This document shows, piece by piece, positions 38,302 through 48,355 of a stretch of DNA of 64,000 bases (its first letter is position 1; every line of letters begins with the position of its first letter). The position numbers and the translations under genes are program-made. The stretch is from assembly GCA_016389475.1 (NCBI GenBank), contig GCA_016389475.1_3042.1. The stretch is one strand, 5' to 3'. The stretch comes from a phage. Below the pieces are notes generated by a model. The model saw only the letters and a program-made list of their open reading frames with translations, did not search any database and was not told the DNA's origin.

Positions 38302-38625
38302 TTAGTCTTCTATGATATCTCTATCATATCCAAGTGAAATGAGAGTTTCTTTGAAGTGTTTAATGTTCTTTTGTCTAGAATCATTAATGAAAATGACTGG
38401 ATAACGAATGTTAAGAGATGTGAATCCGGCGCGTTTGGCAAGAGATACAATCAGTGGACGATCATACTCAATCTTACCATTATTTGTAAGAACTTTATAG
38501 AAAGTAAAAGGAGCACTGAGCTCCTTTAGAAGTTTTGTAACTGATTGACATCCAGGACAACGACCTACTTCATCTGGAATTCCATAGACTTCAATCTTAT
38601 TCTTTAAGTTCGAGTTTTGTTCCAC
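38302..38625 (-). CDS. nrdH: glutaredoxin-like protein NrdH (107 aa from proposed GTG start)
   Basis: ORF track ORF 38302-38754 overlaps upstream gene by 158 nt; CPGC redox motif; GTG at 38625 has AAGGA RBS; start uncertain. Confidence 0.6.
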   Translation of the reverse strand: MEQNSNLKNKIEVYGIPDEVGRCPGCQSVTKLLKELSAPFTFYKVLTNNGKIEYDRPLIVSLAKRAGFTSLNIRYPVIFINDSRQKNIKHFKETLISLGYDRDIIED

Positions 38626-38908
38626 GAGAAATAATTCCTTGATAAGCCCAGTATGGCGGGTTAACAGAATCCTCACCAGAGTTTTCTTCAGGAAAATAAA
38701 CCTGGATAACGAAGCCGGATTCATCAAAGGTGAAATAAGTAGTAGGCAGTTCACCTAACAAATCAGCACGAGCGTTGATTTCTTCGAGGTCTTGTTCACG
38801 TCCAGCCCAGAAGCTTGGGTTCAGACTACATTCATAGAAATAATAGTCATTACCGAACATATCAAAACCATTCCAACTCTCTACTACATACCGCTCAAAA
38901 CTAATCAT
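38597..38908 (-). CDS. hypothetical protein (103 aa)
   Basis: ORF track. Confidence 0.5.
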   Translation of the reverse strand: MISFERYVVESWNGFDMFGNDYYFYECSLNPSFWAGREQDLEEINARADLLGELPTTYFTFDESGFVIQVYFPEENSGEDSVNPPYWAYQGIISRGTKLELKE

Positions 38909-38910
38909 AA

Positions 38911-39126
38911 TTAAGCCTTTTTATCAAGAACAGCATTCAGCTTATTAGTAATTTTATCCAGACGCTCATTGAACTCACTAGAAGATAAGCCCTTTTCTGG
39001 AGAAATCAAACTAATTACGAAAAATATAACAATAAAAGGAATAAGGAAAATAGCTCCAACTGCCATGAACAAAAAGAATGTTACAGTTGTAAGAAAATCA
39101 GCTAAACCTTTACGAAATTTATACAT
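38911..39126 (-). CDS. small membrane protein (71 aa)
   Basis: ORF track; one long hydrophobic segment. Confidence 0.5.
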   Translation of the reverse strand: MYKFRKGLADFLTTVTFFLFMAVGAIFLIPFIVIFFVISLISPEKGLSSSEFNERLDKITNKLNAVLDKKA

Positions 39127-39241
39127 ATTTTACCCTTAATTGATTAACCAAGCATTGATAAGCACTAAACTATATTGCGAATAAAATTCTGGACCAAAAT
39201 GAAAAATCATATCATTTATAGTATCCATAATGTAATTCAAT

Positions 39242-39712
39242 TTAATCATGTTTCCACACCCCATCGGTATTTGACCAAAGTCGCTGATTATCTGATCCTC
39301 GCCACAGCTTTTTGGTCGGAAGATTTTTCTCATACTTCCCATCAATAATAACATCAACATATTTAAGCATTTCTAGTTGTTTAATATCTTCAAACTTATA
39401 TCCTGTCCACAACCAAATGCTTTTATTGGGATAAAGATTTTTAATAGTTTGAACCACAGAGTGAATCATGTCTCTGTTATCAGGATAAAGAGGGTCACCT
39501 CCAGTTATAGTTAATCCTTCTATATAATCATTATTCAAACATTCAATTAATTGCTCTAGTGTCTCTCCAGTGAATGGAATACCATTTCTAGCATTCCATG
39601 TTGATTTATTATAACACCCTTCGCATTTATGCAAACAACCTGTAACGAAAAGAACGACCCTGCAACCAGGGCCATTAACAAAATCGCAAGGATAAAATCT
39701 ATCATAATTCAT
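39242..39712 (-). CDS. nrdG: anaerobic ribonucleotide reductase activase (radical SAM)
   Basis: ORF track 156 aa; CLHKCEGCYN radical-SAM cysteine cluster. Confidence 0.9.
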   Translation of the reverse strand: MNYDRFYPCDFVNGPGCRVVLFVTGCLHKCEGCYNKSTWNARNGIPFTGETLEQLIECLNNDYIEGLTITGGDPLYPDNRDMIHSVVQTIKNLYPNKSIWLWTGYKFEDIKQLEMLKYVDVIIDGKYEKNLPTKKLWRGSDNQRLWSNTDGVWKHD

Positions 39713-41526
39713 TGGTGTTTAACCCTATGCATGATTTCTTTATTTTTACCGAGATTAAATCCGCGCTCGTTCGGATTTCCCAAATAACCACATGTTCTTC
39801 TTATGGTATTCATCTTTTTAGGATCAGTTTCTCCACAAATAGAACAAACAAATCCGTTTTCAGTAGGAGTCATTTCATGGGTACTTCCACACGTAAAACA
39901 TTTATCTACCGGCATATTAACACCAAAATAATCTAAATGTTGTGCAGCATAATCCCACACGGCCTCAAGACCTTTTAGGTTATTTTTCATATCAGGAAGT
40001 TCAACATAAGAAATGTGACCACCTGTCGCAATGAAATGATATGGCGCTTCACGAGAAATCTTTTCAAACGGAGTAACATTTTCTTCTACTGAAACGTGGA
40101 AACTGTTAGTGTACCAACCTTTATCAGTAACATCCTTTACACTTCCATATTTTTCTGTATCAAGTTTACAGAAGCGATAGCAAAGGTTTTCAGCAGGAGT
40201 AGAATACAAGCTAAAAGCAAACCCAGTTCTTTCAGTCCACTGTTTAAGATGAGCATTCATTTTAGTTAAAATTTCCTGTCCAATATCACGACCGATAAGA
40301 ATATTCAATTCGTGAATACCAATGTATCCTAAAGACACTGAACTTCTACCGTTTTTAAATAACTCAATTATGTCGTCATCAGGTTTAAGACGAACCCCGA
40401 ATGCACCTTCTTGGTAAAGAATAGGAGCAACAGTCGCTTTAACTCCTTTTAAGGAACTAATTCTGCACATCAAAGCTTCAAAACATAAATCCATTCGTTC
40501 ATTGAACAATTCGATAAATTTCTGTTCATTGAACTGTGTTCCAATATAAGAATCTAACGCGATGCGAGGAAGATTCAGTGTTACAACACCAAGATTATTA
40601 CGTCCATCAAGAATTTCATTGCCAGTCGAATCTTTCCATACGCTCAAGAAACTACGACAACCCATTGGAGAAACAGGAATAGATGAGCCGGTGATAGCTT
40701 TATTGTTCTTAGCTGAAATAATATCAGGATACATTCTTTTGCTTGCGCACTCTAGAGCAAGCTGTTTAATATCATAGTTCGGATCGTCTTTATAAAGATT
40801 AACACCTTCTTCAACGAACATAACAAGCTTAGGGAAAATAGGAGTTATCCCATCACGACCAAGACCTTTAATACGATTTTTCAGAATTGCTTTCTGAATC
40901 ATTCGTTCAGTCCAGTCAGTTCCCGTACCAAATGTAATTGTTACAAAAGGCGTTTGTCCGTTTGAACTAAAGAGAGTATTTACTTCATATTCATAAGCTT
41001 GGAATGCATCGTATACGTCTTTTTCTGTTTTAGATTGAGCATAATTCAACGCATCAGCGATTTGCCATTTTTCTGCATCCTCAATATGTTTTGCATAGGT
41101 GCGTTTAACATAAGGAGAAAGTACTTTATCTACATTAGCAAAAGTCGTTCCGCCGTATTGATGGGAAGCAACCTGTGCAGTAATTTGTGCCATAATTGCA
41201 GTAGCAACACCGATTGATTTAGGAGTTTCAATCTGTGCATTACCAAGCTTAAATCCATTCTCAAGCATTCCTTTTAAATCTACTAAACAACAATTAGTAA
41301 ATGGAAGAGCAGGGGAATAATCAATATCATGGAAATGGATAATTCCGCTTTCATGCGCTTTCATAATAAAAGACGGGACCATATTTTTGGCAATGTGTTT
41401 AGACACAATACCAGCCATAAGGTCCCGTTGAGTTGGAAAAACACGAGAATCTTTATTAGCATTCTCGTTTAAAAGGTCTTTATTAGTTTTATGAATCAAT
41501 CCTTCAATTTCTTTTTCAATTGTCAT
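39709..41526 (-). CDS. nrdD: anaerobic ribonucleoside-triphosphate reductase, uninterrupted
   Basis: ORF track 605 aa; single continuous ORF, no intron-like interruption. Confidence 0.9.
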   Translation of the reverse strand: MTIEKEIEGLIHKTNKDLLNENANKDSRVFPTQRDLMAGIVSKHIAKNMVPSFIMKAHESGIIHFHDIDYSPALPFTNCCLVDLKGMLENGFKLGNAQIETPKSIGVATAIMAQITAQVASHQYGGTTFANVDKVLSPYVKRTYAKHIEDAEKWQIADALNYAQSKTEKDVYDAFQAYEYEVNTLFSSNGQTPFVTITFGTGTDWTERMIQKAILKNRIKGLGRDGITPIFPKLVMFVEEGVNLYKDDPNYDIKQLALECASKRMYPDIISAKNNKAITGSSIPVSPMGCRSFLSVWKDSTGNEILDGRNNLGVVTLNLPRIALDSYIGTQFNEQKFIELFNERMDLCFEALMCRISSLKGVKATVAPILYQEGAFGVRLKPDDDIIELFKNGRSSVSLGYIGIHELNILIGRDIGQEILTKMNAHLKQWTERTGFAFSLYSTPAENLCYRFCKLDTEKYGSVKDVTDKGWYTNSFHVSVEENVTPFEKISREAPYHFIATGGHISYVELPDMKNNLKGLEAVWDYAAQHLDYFGVNMPVDKCFTCGSTHEMTPTENGFVCSICGETDPKKMNTIRRTCGYLGNPNERGFNLGKNKEIMHRVKHQ

Positions 41527-41996
41527 TTTAAACTCTTTCTAAGCTGCTTCTTAAATGAAGCTATTAATTGTGTTTTAGTGTCAGATTCATTATATTCAAA
41601 TCCTCTTTGAAGCATCTCAGCCATCATTTCCTCTTTTCCTAAACGAGAAAATTCCTTTGATTTATCTCCAACAAAGTTAGGGTGAATATTATTTTGGGTG
41701 TAATCGGATTTTAAATAAGTAAGTAAATTTTCTAACCATTCAAGATAATCAACACCTTGCCCCTTTAAGCCAGAACGATTAAATTTATGCTTCATTTGAC
41801 CTTCTGCGGCATTGCAGAGATTACAAAGCAATCCACGCACCTTTCCTGCTTTTGGTCCATTTAATTCATGGTCATGATCAAGATGATTAGCTTGAACATC
41901 AGGATTTAGTTCTCGTTGGCAAATTAAGCATTTACCATTTTGTGCATCATAAAATTTCTGTTTTTCTTCTTTGTATAATTTGCCAGTCAATAACAT
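41523..41996 (-). CDS. 49: recombination endonuclease VII (Holliday junction resolvase)
   Basis: ORF track 157 aa; CLICQ...HLDHDHELNG zinc/His motif. Confidence 0.9.
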   Translation of the reverse strand: MLLTGKLYKEEKQKFYDAQNGKCLICQRELNPDVQANHLDHDHELNGPKAGKVRGLLCNLCNAAEGQMKHKFNRSGLKGQGVDYLEWLENLLTYLKSDYTQNNIHPNFVGDKSKEFSRLGKEEMMAEMLQRGFEYNESDTKTQLIASFKKQLRKSLK

Positions 41997-42001
41997 AATA
42001 A

Positions 42002-42026
42002 ACCCTTACCTTAAATAGATAAGGGT
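42002..42026 (-). promoter_or_regulatory. RBS-sequestering hairpin upstream of gene 49
   Basis: 7-bp stem accctta/taagggt with 11-nt loop; 3' arm on the minus RNA contains the AAGGG Shine-Dalgarno of gene 49. Confidence 0.4.
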
Positions 42027-42037
42027 ATTTATTATTT

Positions 42038-42214
42038 TCAAGTATTGTAAAAGGCTCGATGCAATCGCTTATATTGTCGAATCATCTTTTTAGTAGGACG
42101 AGAATAAGTTCCTACACAAGTGGTCATATTAGGGTCGGTAGGACTTCCTTTAATAAAAAGTTTCCAAACCTTACCGCCATTTAACTTTTCAGTATAAATC
42201 AATTCAGTTTTCAT
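42038..42214 (-). CDS. micro-ORF (58 aa), absent from ORF track
   Basis: Hand translation MKTELIYTEKLNGGKVWKLFIKGSPTDPNMTTCVGTYSRPTKKMIRQYKRLHRAFYNT. Confidence 0.35.
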   Translation of the reverse strand: MKTELIYTEKLNGGKVWKLFIKGSPTDPNMTTCVGTYSRPTKKMIRQYKRLHRAFYNT

Positions 42215-42660
42215 TAAAACGCTCGGTCAGAAAAAGAAATTTGAGTTTCAAGCCATTCAATATATTCTGCCGCGGCTTGCATTAAATTTCCTTCGTAATC
42301 ATCAATATCTTTTTTCAACGCCGATTTAGATAATGCATATGAAATGCGTTCACCCTGAAATCCAGCTTTAGGTTTATGAAGAACTTGATCAATTCGTTCT
42401 ACAACTTCTTCAATTTCGCCATTTTCTGCGGATTCAGTATTCCACAAGCACCAATACGTAATTGGCTTATCGTAGATGTTAATAATCTTTCCATCAGAAA
42501 GTTCAATTTCAATAATTCCAGTATCAGGTTCTATATCATCTTCGCATTCTTTTGCAAGTTCACGAACTTTAAAGACAGTACCTGCACTAAGTTCCGGCCA
42601 GTAATTACACAGCCCTTTATCAGCACGATTAATTCTAAACCACTTATCTACTGCAATCAT
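42214..42660 (-). CDS. hypothetical protein (148 aa from ATG)
   Basis: ORF track from TTG 42678; ATG at 42660 with GGAG RBS. Confidence 0.5.
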   Translation of the reverse strand: MIAVDKWFRINRADKGLCNYWPELSAGTVFKVRELAKECEDDIEPDTGIIEIELSDGKIINIYDKPITYWCLWNTESAENGEIEEVVERIDQVLHKPKAGFQGERISYALSKSALKKDIDDYEGNLMQAAAEYIEWLETQISFSDRAF

Positions 42661-42783
42661 ATCCCATCTCCATATCAATTAAGTCATTTATCGTCGGTTC
42701 ATTATATATTGTTTCTTCATCAGTGTAAACCGGTTCTTCCGGCTCTGGCTCTGCAGTTTCCCATCTAGCCGCCCACCAAGGTT

Positions 42784-43104
42784 TTATAGCGTAATCCATT
42801 CTCGTACTATCTGAGTTACTACACGTTCACGGGGCTCGACTAGTTCAACAGTCGGAACTGCATAATACCAGTCAGAATGATAAGAACCTGACCGAGATTC
42901 ATTTACCGCTACATGTACATTATGTTTTGGACTAAAGTAAACACACTGACGATATTGACATTTACCATCTTGCACCCAGTCTTCTATTTCGACAGGTTTA
43001 AGATAATCGGAAAAATCGAAATCATAGTTTTCCGAAAATGCATCATGGTCTTCAATGATTTCGCTCAGAACTGCATCAACATCTAATTTATTTTCAATAG
43101 TCAT
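42784..43104 (-). CDS. hypothetical protein (106 aa)
   Basis: ORF track. Confidence 0.5.
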   Translation of the reverse strand: MTIENKLDVDAVLSEIIEDHDAFSENYDFDFSDYLKPVEIEDWVQDGKCQYRQCVYFSPKHNVHVAVNESRSGSYHSDWYYAVPTVELVEPRERVVTQIVREWITL

Positions 43105-43114
43105 TTTTCACCAA

Positions 43115-43324
43115 TTAATTTCGCAATTTATTAAGTTCTTCATCATCAATCCAGGATTCTAGTCCTGATGGCAGGTCACATTCAATTTCCCAAAGAAGTT
43201 CTTCAATTTTCTGAAGACGATCTAATTCTTCGGCTGGAATAGTAACCATTGACGGAGCTCGTGATACATTAATATCGTAAATCATATTTACCCCAGTTTG
43301 ACCATGCAATCGCCGTATTTCCAC
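43115..43324 (-). CDS. hypothetical protein (69 aa)
   Basis: ORF track. Confidence 0.45.
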   Translation of the reverse strand: MEIRRLHGQTGVNMIYDINVSRAPSMVTIPAEELDRLQKIEELLWEIECDLPSGLESWIDDEELNKLRN

Positions 43325-43503
43325 TTAGAAATAGACTTTTCACCATTAGAATAATAAACTTCGAGTTTAGCACGATTATTTTTAATTTGAATAACCTTGG
43401 CTGTCATCAAAGTTCCATACCCATAATAAACTGCAACCTCATCACCTACATATACCGCGCTTCCGCGGTAGTCATGGATATAATCGGTTCCTTCGAGCAT
43501 CAT
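43288..43503 (-). CDS. hypothetical protein (71 aa)
   Basis: ORF track. Confidence 0.45.
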   Translation of the reverse strand: MMLEGTDYIHDYRGSAVYVGDEVAVYYGYGTLMTAKVIQIKNNRAKLEVYYSNGEKSISKWKYGDCMVKLG

Positions 43504-43763
43504 TTAAAGTATTCCCGCAATTGGTCAAATCCACCAATATGACTTCCATCTGGAGCGAATACCTGCGGCATTGTCAATCCAATTTGAGTATCACGACCTA
43601 GTTTAGTCAGAAGCTCAGCGATTTTCTCATCATCAAAAACACCTTTTTCCGGCATAATGTTGATAAATTCAAACGGCTGTTTCTTCACGGTCAAAAGACG
43701 TTTTGCATTATCGCAATACACACATTTATGAATGTTGCTATCATAACCATATACTTTAAACAT
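43500..43763 (-). CDS. nrdC: thioredoxin/glutaredoxin NrdC
   Basis: ORF track 87 aa; CVYC redox motif. Confidence 0.85.
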   Translation of the reverse strand: MFKVYGYDSNIHKCVYCDNAKRLLTVKKQPFEFINIMPEKGVFDDEKIAELLTKLGRDTQIGLTMPQVFAPDGSHIGGFDQLREYFK

Positions 43764-43764
43764 A

Positions 43765-44007
43765 TTATTCCTTAATTCCTAATACTTGTTTAAAAGTCTC
43801 GTCGTAATCAAGACTTTGGCCCGTTTGTTCTTTATGTTTGTATATAATATCACTTACTTCTGATAGCATATTTTTATATGAACGAGTTAAAGCAGATTTA
43901 AGCACGCTGTATCTATCAGGAAATTTACCATGTTCATTATAATAAGCTATTGCTAATTCACGGACTGCCTTTTCAGCAGCCTCCATATATTCTTTACGCT
44001 TGGTCAT
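43765..44007 (-). CDS. hypothetical protein (80 aa)
   Basis: ORF track. Confidence 0.5.
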   Translation of the reverse strand: MTKRKEYMEAAEKAVRELAIAYYNEHGKFPDRYSVLKSALTRSYKNMLSEVSDIIYKHKEQTGQSLDYDETFKQVLGIKE

Positions 44008-44009
44008 TT

Positions 44010-44399
44010 TTAATCCAAAATATTATTAGGCATTGGTTGAACACTCACAAGTTCTTTAAAGAACTCAGTAGAGTCAGGCAATTTAACCATTTCCGGAGCA
44101 TGCTTACTGAATTTATGTTTACATTGACGGCATTTATATTCAAGCTCTGGTTTACGCCAGTTAATCAATTGAACTTGTTCAGTACCGCATTCAGGGCAAT
44201 TAGGAACGTTTTTAGAAGCTCTTTCACGTCGTTCAACCATAGCCATAATAGCATCCCATGCTGGAGGTTTAAAATCTAAATCGTCGCAGCCGTGAATCTT
44301 TCCACGCATTTCCATATCATCTTCCTCACCAGCCATAATAATTTTAATTAAACTGGAATTACTTGAAGCTGCAATGTCTTCTAATAAACGCTTTTTCAT
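44010..44399 (-). CDS. zinc-ribbon protein (129 aa)
   Basis: ORF track; CPECG...CRQCKH. Confidence 0.5.
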   Translation of the reverse strand: MKKRLLEDIAASSNSSLIKIIMAGEEDDMEMRGKIHGCDDLDFKPPAWDAIMAMVERRERASKNVPNCPECGTEQVQLINWRKPELEYKCRQCKHKFSKHAPEMVKLPDSTEFFKELVSVQPMPNNILD

Positions 44400-45322
44400 T
44401 TCAATACCTCAATAGCATTACGTAAACCATTTGCTTTGGCGGTTAAAGCCTTAAGAACTTTAGTATGCTCTTCAATTTGTTTTTCAACTTCAGTCAAACG
44501 GACATTGAGATATTCACGTTCTTCTTTCATAGTATCATTTCCATGATTGGATTTTGGTATAGGTTTAAATTCACTAGGGTCCTTTAATTTAATAACAAAT
44601 TTAGTTTCAAACAGTGAAAGACCATAATTCGTATTATCATCAAAGGATTTGACTACATCCATATCAGATAATAACACGCGCAAATTATAAGCCAAAGAAC
44701 TAATAGTTTCATTGTGTTTATTAGCTTCGCGTGGTTTCATATACGGAAGATTTTTATATATCTCATGCGGAGCGCAAACGATAATTGACAATTCAAATTG
44801 TCCATTCTGGGACGATGGAATGAATTTAGCCGTAACCCAGTCTTTTACATTCACATTAATAGTACGGTTATCACCATGACAAAACAGTCTACGAGAATGC
44901 TTAAAAAGCATATTCACGTTATTATTGAATTCGTGTGAAAATTCACTAGCAAATTTTTCTTTACTATCTTTAGAAAACCATTCTTCTAAATAAGTTCTTT
45001 TCACGTCGTTAATAATATTAAATGTAACAACACTAGCATTTGATACATTAGTCTTAATGTAGCTTGGATACATAAATTTTTTAACATTATTAACAGCTAT
45101 CACAGAAGATAGTAATCGGGAACGTTTGAACCACTCGAGCAAAGAACCAAGAGAATGTGAATACGCATTTTGTGTATCTTTACAAATATGGTTTTCCCAT
45201 CCAATATAGTCTAAAAAATCACGAAGAATATTATTGATTACTGCTCTGTGTCCGATTTGATAATTACGGTGTTTAGTAATAAGACTGTCAAAATAATCAA
45301 TATAATGTTTACGAGTTTTCAT
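44396..45322 (-). CDS. coiled-coil-tailed protein, paralog family member 1 (308 aa)
   Basis: ORF track; N-terminus MKTRKHYIDYFDSLI...AVINNIL; C-terminal ~40-aa heptad-like segment. Confidence 0.6.
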   Translation of the reverse strand: MKTRKHYIDYFDSLITKHRNYQIGHRAVINNILRDFLDYIGWENHICKDTQNAYSHSLGSLLEWFKRSRLLSSVIAVNNVKKFMYPSYIKTNVSNASVVTFNIINDVKRTYLEEWFSKDSKEKFASEFSHEFNNNVNMLFKHSRRLFCHGDNRTINVNVKDWVTAKFIPSSQNGQFELSIIVCAPHEIYKNLPYMKPREANKHNETISSLAYNLRVLLSDMDVVKSFDDNTNYGLSLFETKFVIKLKDPSEFKPIPKSNHGNDTMKEEREYLNVRLTEVEKQIEEHTKVLKALTAKANGLRNAIEVLK

Positions 45323-45373
45323 GTTCTTCTCACTTGTTAATGATTTATACTCCGAGCCATCCTTGGCTTTAAA

Positions 45374-46375
45374 TTACTTAATTAACTGTAAAGCTTGTTC
45401 AAGACGATCCAAGCGATTAACAGATTCTTCCCAAATCTTTTTAGCCTTCTCATATTCTTTCTGCGCTTTATTAGAAATTTCTAGAACTTCTTTATAAGCT
45501 TTTTCTAGTGCAACAACTTCTGGACGAATTTCTACCGGTTCAAGTGAATCGTCAAGATTATCCATTAGTTCCTCAAGGGTAGTTTCTTCTTTAGGAGTAT
45601 TCACAATTTCTTCGCATTTTTGTTGGTAAATTTCTTTATCAGTTAGTGAATAAGCACATTTCACTTCACGAAGACTAATTACAATTTTATATCCTTCCCA
45701 ACCACCAATATTTTTGAAAGGATATGTATGAATACTTTTTACAGTTTCCATACAATCCAAAGCCGTCTCTAATTGATGAGTTATAGTGCTAGCAATTGAG
45801 AAAAATTTATTAATATTCTTTTGGTTAGCTTCTGGTGTAAAAAATTCATAATTCACAAAAATAGCTACTTTATTTTTATCAAGCTCATATTCTTTTACGA
45901 TAATCATATCAGAAGCCAAAGGATGAATTTGACGATAATCGCCATAACATAATTTAGAAGCTGATTTTAGAATTTGTCCTTTAAAAAGTCTGAAATTACT
46001 AATCCAACGACGAGTAAAAATATTCTTAGGGTCTTCTTTGATATTAAGATGATAAGAATTAACATCACCGAACCAATTGTATCCTATTACACCTTTAGTT
46101 CGTTTAATTTCTTTCCCAAAATTACCAAGAATATCCCGATTAACTAAATATGAAAGAAGACGAGACCCTTTAAAGATTATCTTAATATCATCTTTATCTA
46201 CACGGCTAGAAATTTCACGAACTTCATGAATAAATTTACTGGAAGAAACAATACTTGCATCAATACTGCTGAGCCATTGATTGATAATAGAAAGAACAGC
46301 ATTCTGACTAGACATGGGTTTAACTTTATCATCAATAACCCTATTGAATGATTTGATATATTCGTTACGAGTCAT
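45374..46375 (-). CDS. coiled-coil-tailed protein, paralog family member 2 (333 aa from ATG)
   Basis: ORF track extends to 46426 above the promoter -10; ATG at 46375 with GAGGAG RBS; MTRNEYIKSFNRVI...AVLSIIN resembles member 1. Confidence 0.6.
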   Translation of the reverse strand: MTRNEYIKSFNRVIDDKVKPMSSQNAVLSIINQWLSSIDASIVSSSKFIHEVREISSRVDKDDIKIIFKGSRLLSYLVNRDILGNFGKEIKRTKGVIGYNWFGDVNSYHLNIKEDPKNIFTRRWISNFRLFKGQILKSASKLCYGDYRQIHPLASDMIIVKEYELDKNKVAIFVNYEFFTPEANQKNINKFFSIASTITHQLETALDCMETVKSIHTYPFKNIGGWEGYKIVISLREVKCAYSLTDKEIYQQKCEEIVNTPKEETTLEELMDNLDDSLEPVEIRPEVVALEKAYKEVLEISNKAQKEYEKAKKIWEESVNRLDRLEQALQLIK

Positions 46376-46403
46376 ATTAATCTCCTCAGTAGAAAGTAAG
46401 AAC

Positions 46404-46433
46404 ATTATACCACATCCTTGTGGCAAAGTAAAC
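46404..46433 (-). promoter_or_regulatory. T4-type early promoter, near-duplicate of 1546-1575
   Basis: attataccacatccttgtgg-c-aaagtaaac, one mismatch versus the rIIA.1 promoter. Confidence 0.6.
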
Positions 46434-47452
46434 TAGTTCAGTGCATTTAATGCACTGTTCAGTTTAGAACGTTGCTTTGTCAGATTTTGAACCCTTGACT
46501 GAGCTTGTTCTAACGCCTTTTCAGCTTCTAGCACTTCATTGGTCGCTTTAACGAGTTCATCATCTACTGCCTTGATAGACTTCTCAATCGCATCCGCGTG
46601 CCATTTTTCAACAGGTTTAAGACTCGGATTTTCAACAGGAAGAAAATTCACTTTATTGAATTTCCATGCATCATTATTACCTGAACTATACATCCAAAAT
46701 TTAGGATCGTTTGATAAGTAATTGGATAAATTTAAGTTATCTTGTACTTCCTGCTTTTTCTCTTGCGGGACTTCGTCCTTTCTCAAAAAATCGTATTTAA
46801 ATGAAACGATCATATCAAGTTCATATGATGTTGTATCTAACTTAAATCGTTCAAAACGAGGTAAAATCTTAGACTGAACAGCGGCAACAACATCCATATA
46901 CTTAAATGCTTCTGTCAACTGTGATTTAAGGCATTCACAAATTGAAAGAGAATTTTTTGTATTAGGTTTAAAGCTAATTCGTGCAGTTCTATTATTTTCT
47001 TTTAATGGTCTTACTTCCATCTGAAGAGTATAACCATCAAATTTCAGGTTCTTTAAGTTATTGTCAGAACCTTTTAATCGACTAGCTGTCGACAAAATTT
47101 GCTTTAACTGTTTACGGAATAGAGCAATAAATCTCCATTCAATACGATAATGATTGGGATTGAAAAATCCAGATGATAAATCAACCTTACTCTGACCAAC
47201 ACCTTGAACAAATAGAGGATTTTTATAATCAATAGTTTTACAGAAATCGGTGAGCTGCTCACGAGCAGTCATTTGTGTAATATATCCCGCTTTACTAAAA
47301 TGACGTAACCATTCACTGCTATTCATATACTTAAAGTGAATGGAACTATTAACTCTATCAGGGTCTAAATTATTTTGGCACAAAAATGTCATAACATCAC
47401 GAGTATAGCTGGCATTACGAACCATATCTTCAATTTGAGAACGAGTTTTCAT
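46433..47452 (-). CDS. coiled-coil-tailed protein, paralog family member 3 (339 aa)
   Basis: ORF track; N-terminus MKTRSQIEDMV; C-terminal coiled coil. Confidence 0.6.
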   Translation of the reverse strand: MKTRSQIEDMVRNASYTRDVMTFLCQNNLDPDRVNSSIHFKYMNSSEWLRHFSKAGYITQMTAREQLTDFCKTIDYKNPLFVQGVGQSKVDLSSGFFNPNHYRIEWRFIALFRKQLKQILSTASRLKGSDNNLKNLKFDGYTLQMEVRPLKENNRTARISFKPNTKNSLSICECLKSQLTEAFKYMDVVAAVQSKILPRFERFKLDTTSYELDMIVSFKYDFLRKDEVPQEKKQEVQDNLNLSNYLSNDPKFWMYSSGNNDAWKFNKVNFLPVENPSLKPVEKWHADAIEKSIKAVDDELVKATNEVLEAEKALEQAQSRVQNLTKQRSKLNSALNALN

Positions 47453-47460
47453 AGTGTTCC

Positions 47461-48348
47461 TTAAGATTTAAGTAAATCAACAATTTTAATTAACTTTTCA
47501 CGCTCAGATTTAGCTTTACTACTCAATCCAGATAGTCTAAAGATTTCATCGTCATATTGTTGAATAGAAATATTCAGCTCTTCAATTTGCTTATTAAAAT
47601 AATCAATTTGCTCAGAATGTTTTTCGTTACTACGAACTGGTACAGGTTTTGTAGGCAATTTAGTTGAACTGGATTCATCCGGGCGATAAATTAAAATACA
47701 ACTTGAACCAATTGGACATTTTGCACCAGATGAATATTCTAATGTTCCAGATTCTTTTAAAACTTCAAAAGCTAAACAGAGATGATGACCCATATTGACA
47801 TAATCAGTAGAGCAAGCTCTGATGTAATAATCATCTCCACGAGTACTAAATTTAAAGCATTTAAGGTCTTCTGTATTATTGGTCTTAAAAATCATTTGTT
47901 TATCTAGACCTTTAGCTAATCGAGCGCCTAATGCTAATAATCGTCGTTGATTTTCCCACAAATCTGCAATCATTTGGTCAAATGATAATTTTGGCATTAG
48001 TCGACCATAAAGGTCATATCCTTTATTATAATTACGAAGAATTTCACTCGCATTAATACGAGACAATGCTCCAATTTTATTAAGGGCTTTCATGATGCGA
48101 TTAGATAAACTCATTCCAGATCCGTTTGTTCGCTGTAAATGTTTTTCTAATCCAAATCCAATATCAACTTTAAATTTATCTAAAATTTCAGCATGAACAT
48201 CTCTGTCAATAACATTCAAATCCAAAGTTGGGTTAAATCTATGAAAAAATTTATCTGGCTCTCCACGACGAAGTACAGTCCATTCATTCAATTTTTTATT
48301 AACTAAAGATTTAATTACTGTATTGACATTATTAATTACTACTGACAT
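47461..48348 (-). CDS. coiled-coil-tailed protein, paralog family member 4 (295 aa from ATG)
   Basis: ORF track from GTG 48384; ATG at 48348 with GAGGA RBS; C-terminal coiled coil. Confidence 0.55.
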   Translation of the reverse strand: MSVVINNVNTVIKSLVNKKLNEWTVLRRGEPDKFFHRFNPTLDLNVIDRDVHAEILDKFKVDIGFGLEKHLQRTNGSGMSLSNRIMKALNKIGALSRINASEILRNYNKGYDLYGRLMPKLSFDQMIADLWENQRRLLALGARLAKGLDKQMIFKTNNTEDLKCFKFSTRGDDYYIRACSTDYVNMGHHLCLAFEVLKESGTLEYSSGAKCPIGSSCILIYRPDESSSTKLPTKPVPVRSNEKHSEQIDYFNKQIEELNISIQQYDDEIFRLSGLSSKAKSEREKLIKIVDLLKS

Positions 48349-48355
48349 ATTTTCC

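Noticed and set aside
39136-39360. Minus-strand 74-aa ORF overlapping the nrdG 3' end
   Set aside because: The track start is inside nrdG; only a possible 37-aa remnant (39136-39249) lies outside and has no clear RBS, so it is not reported as a gene.
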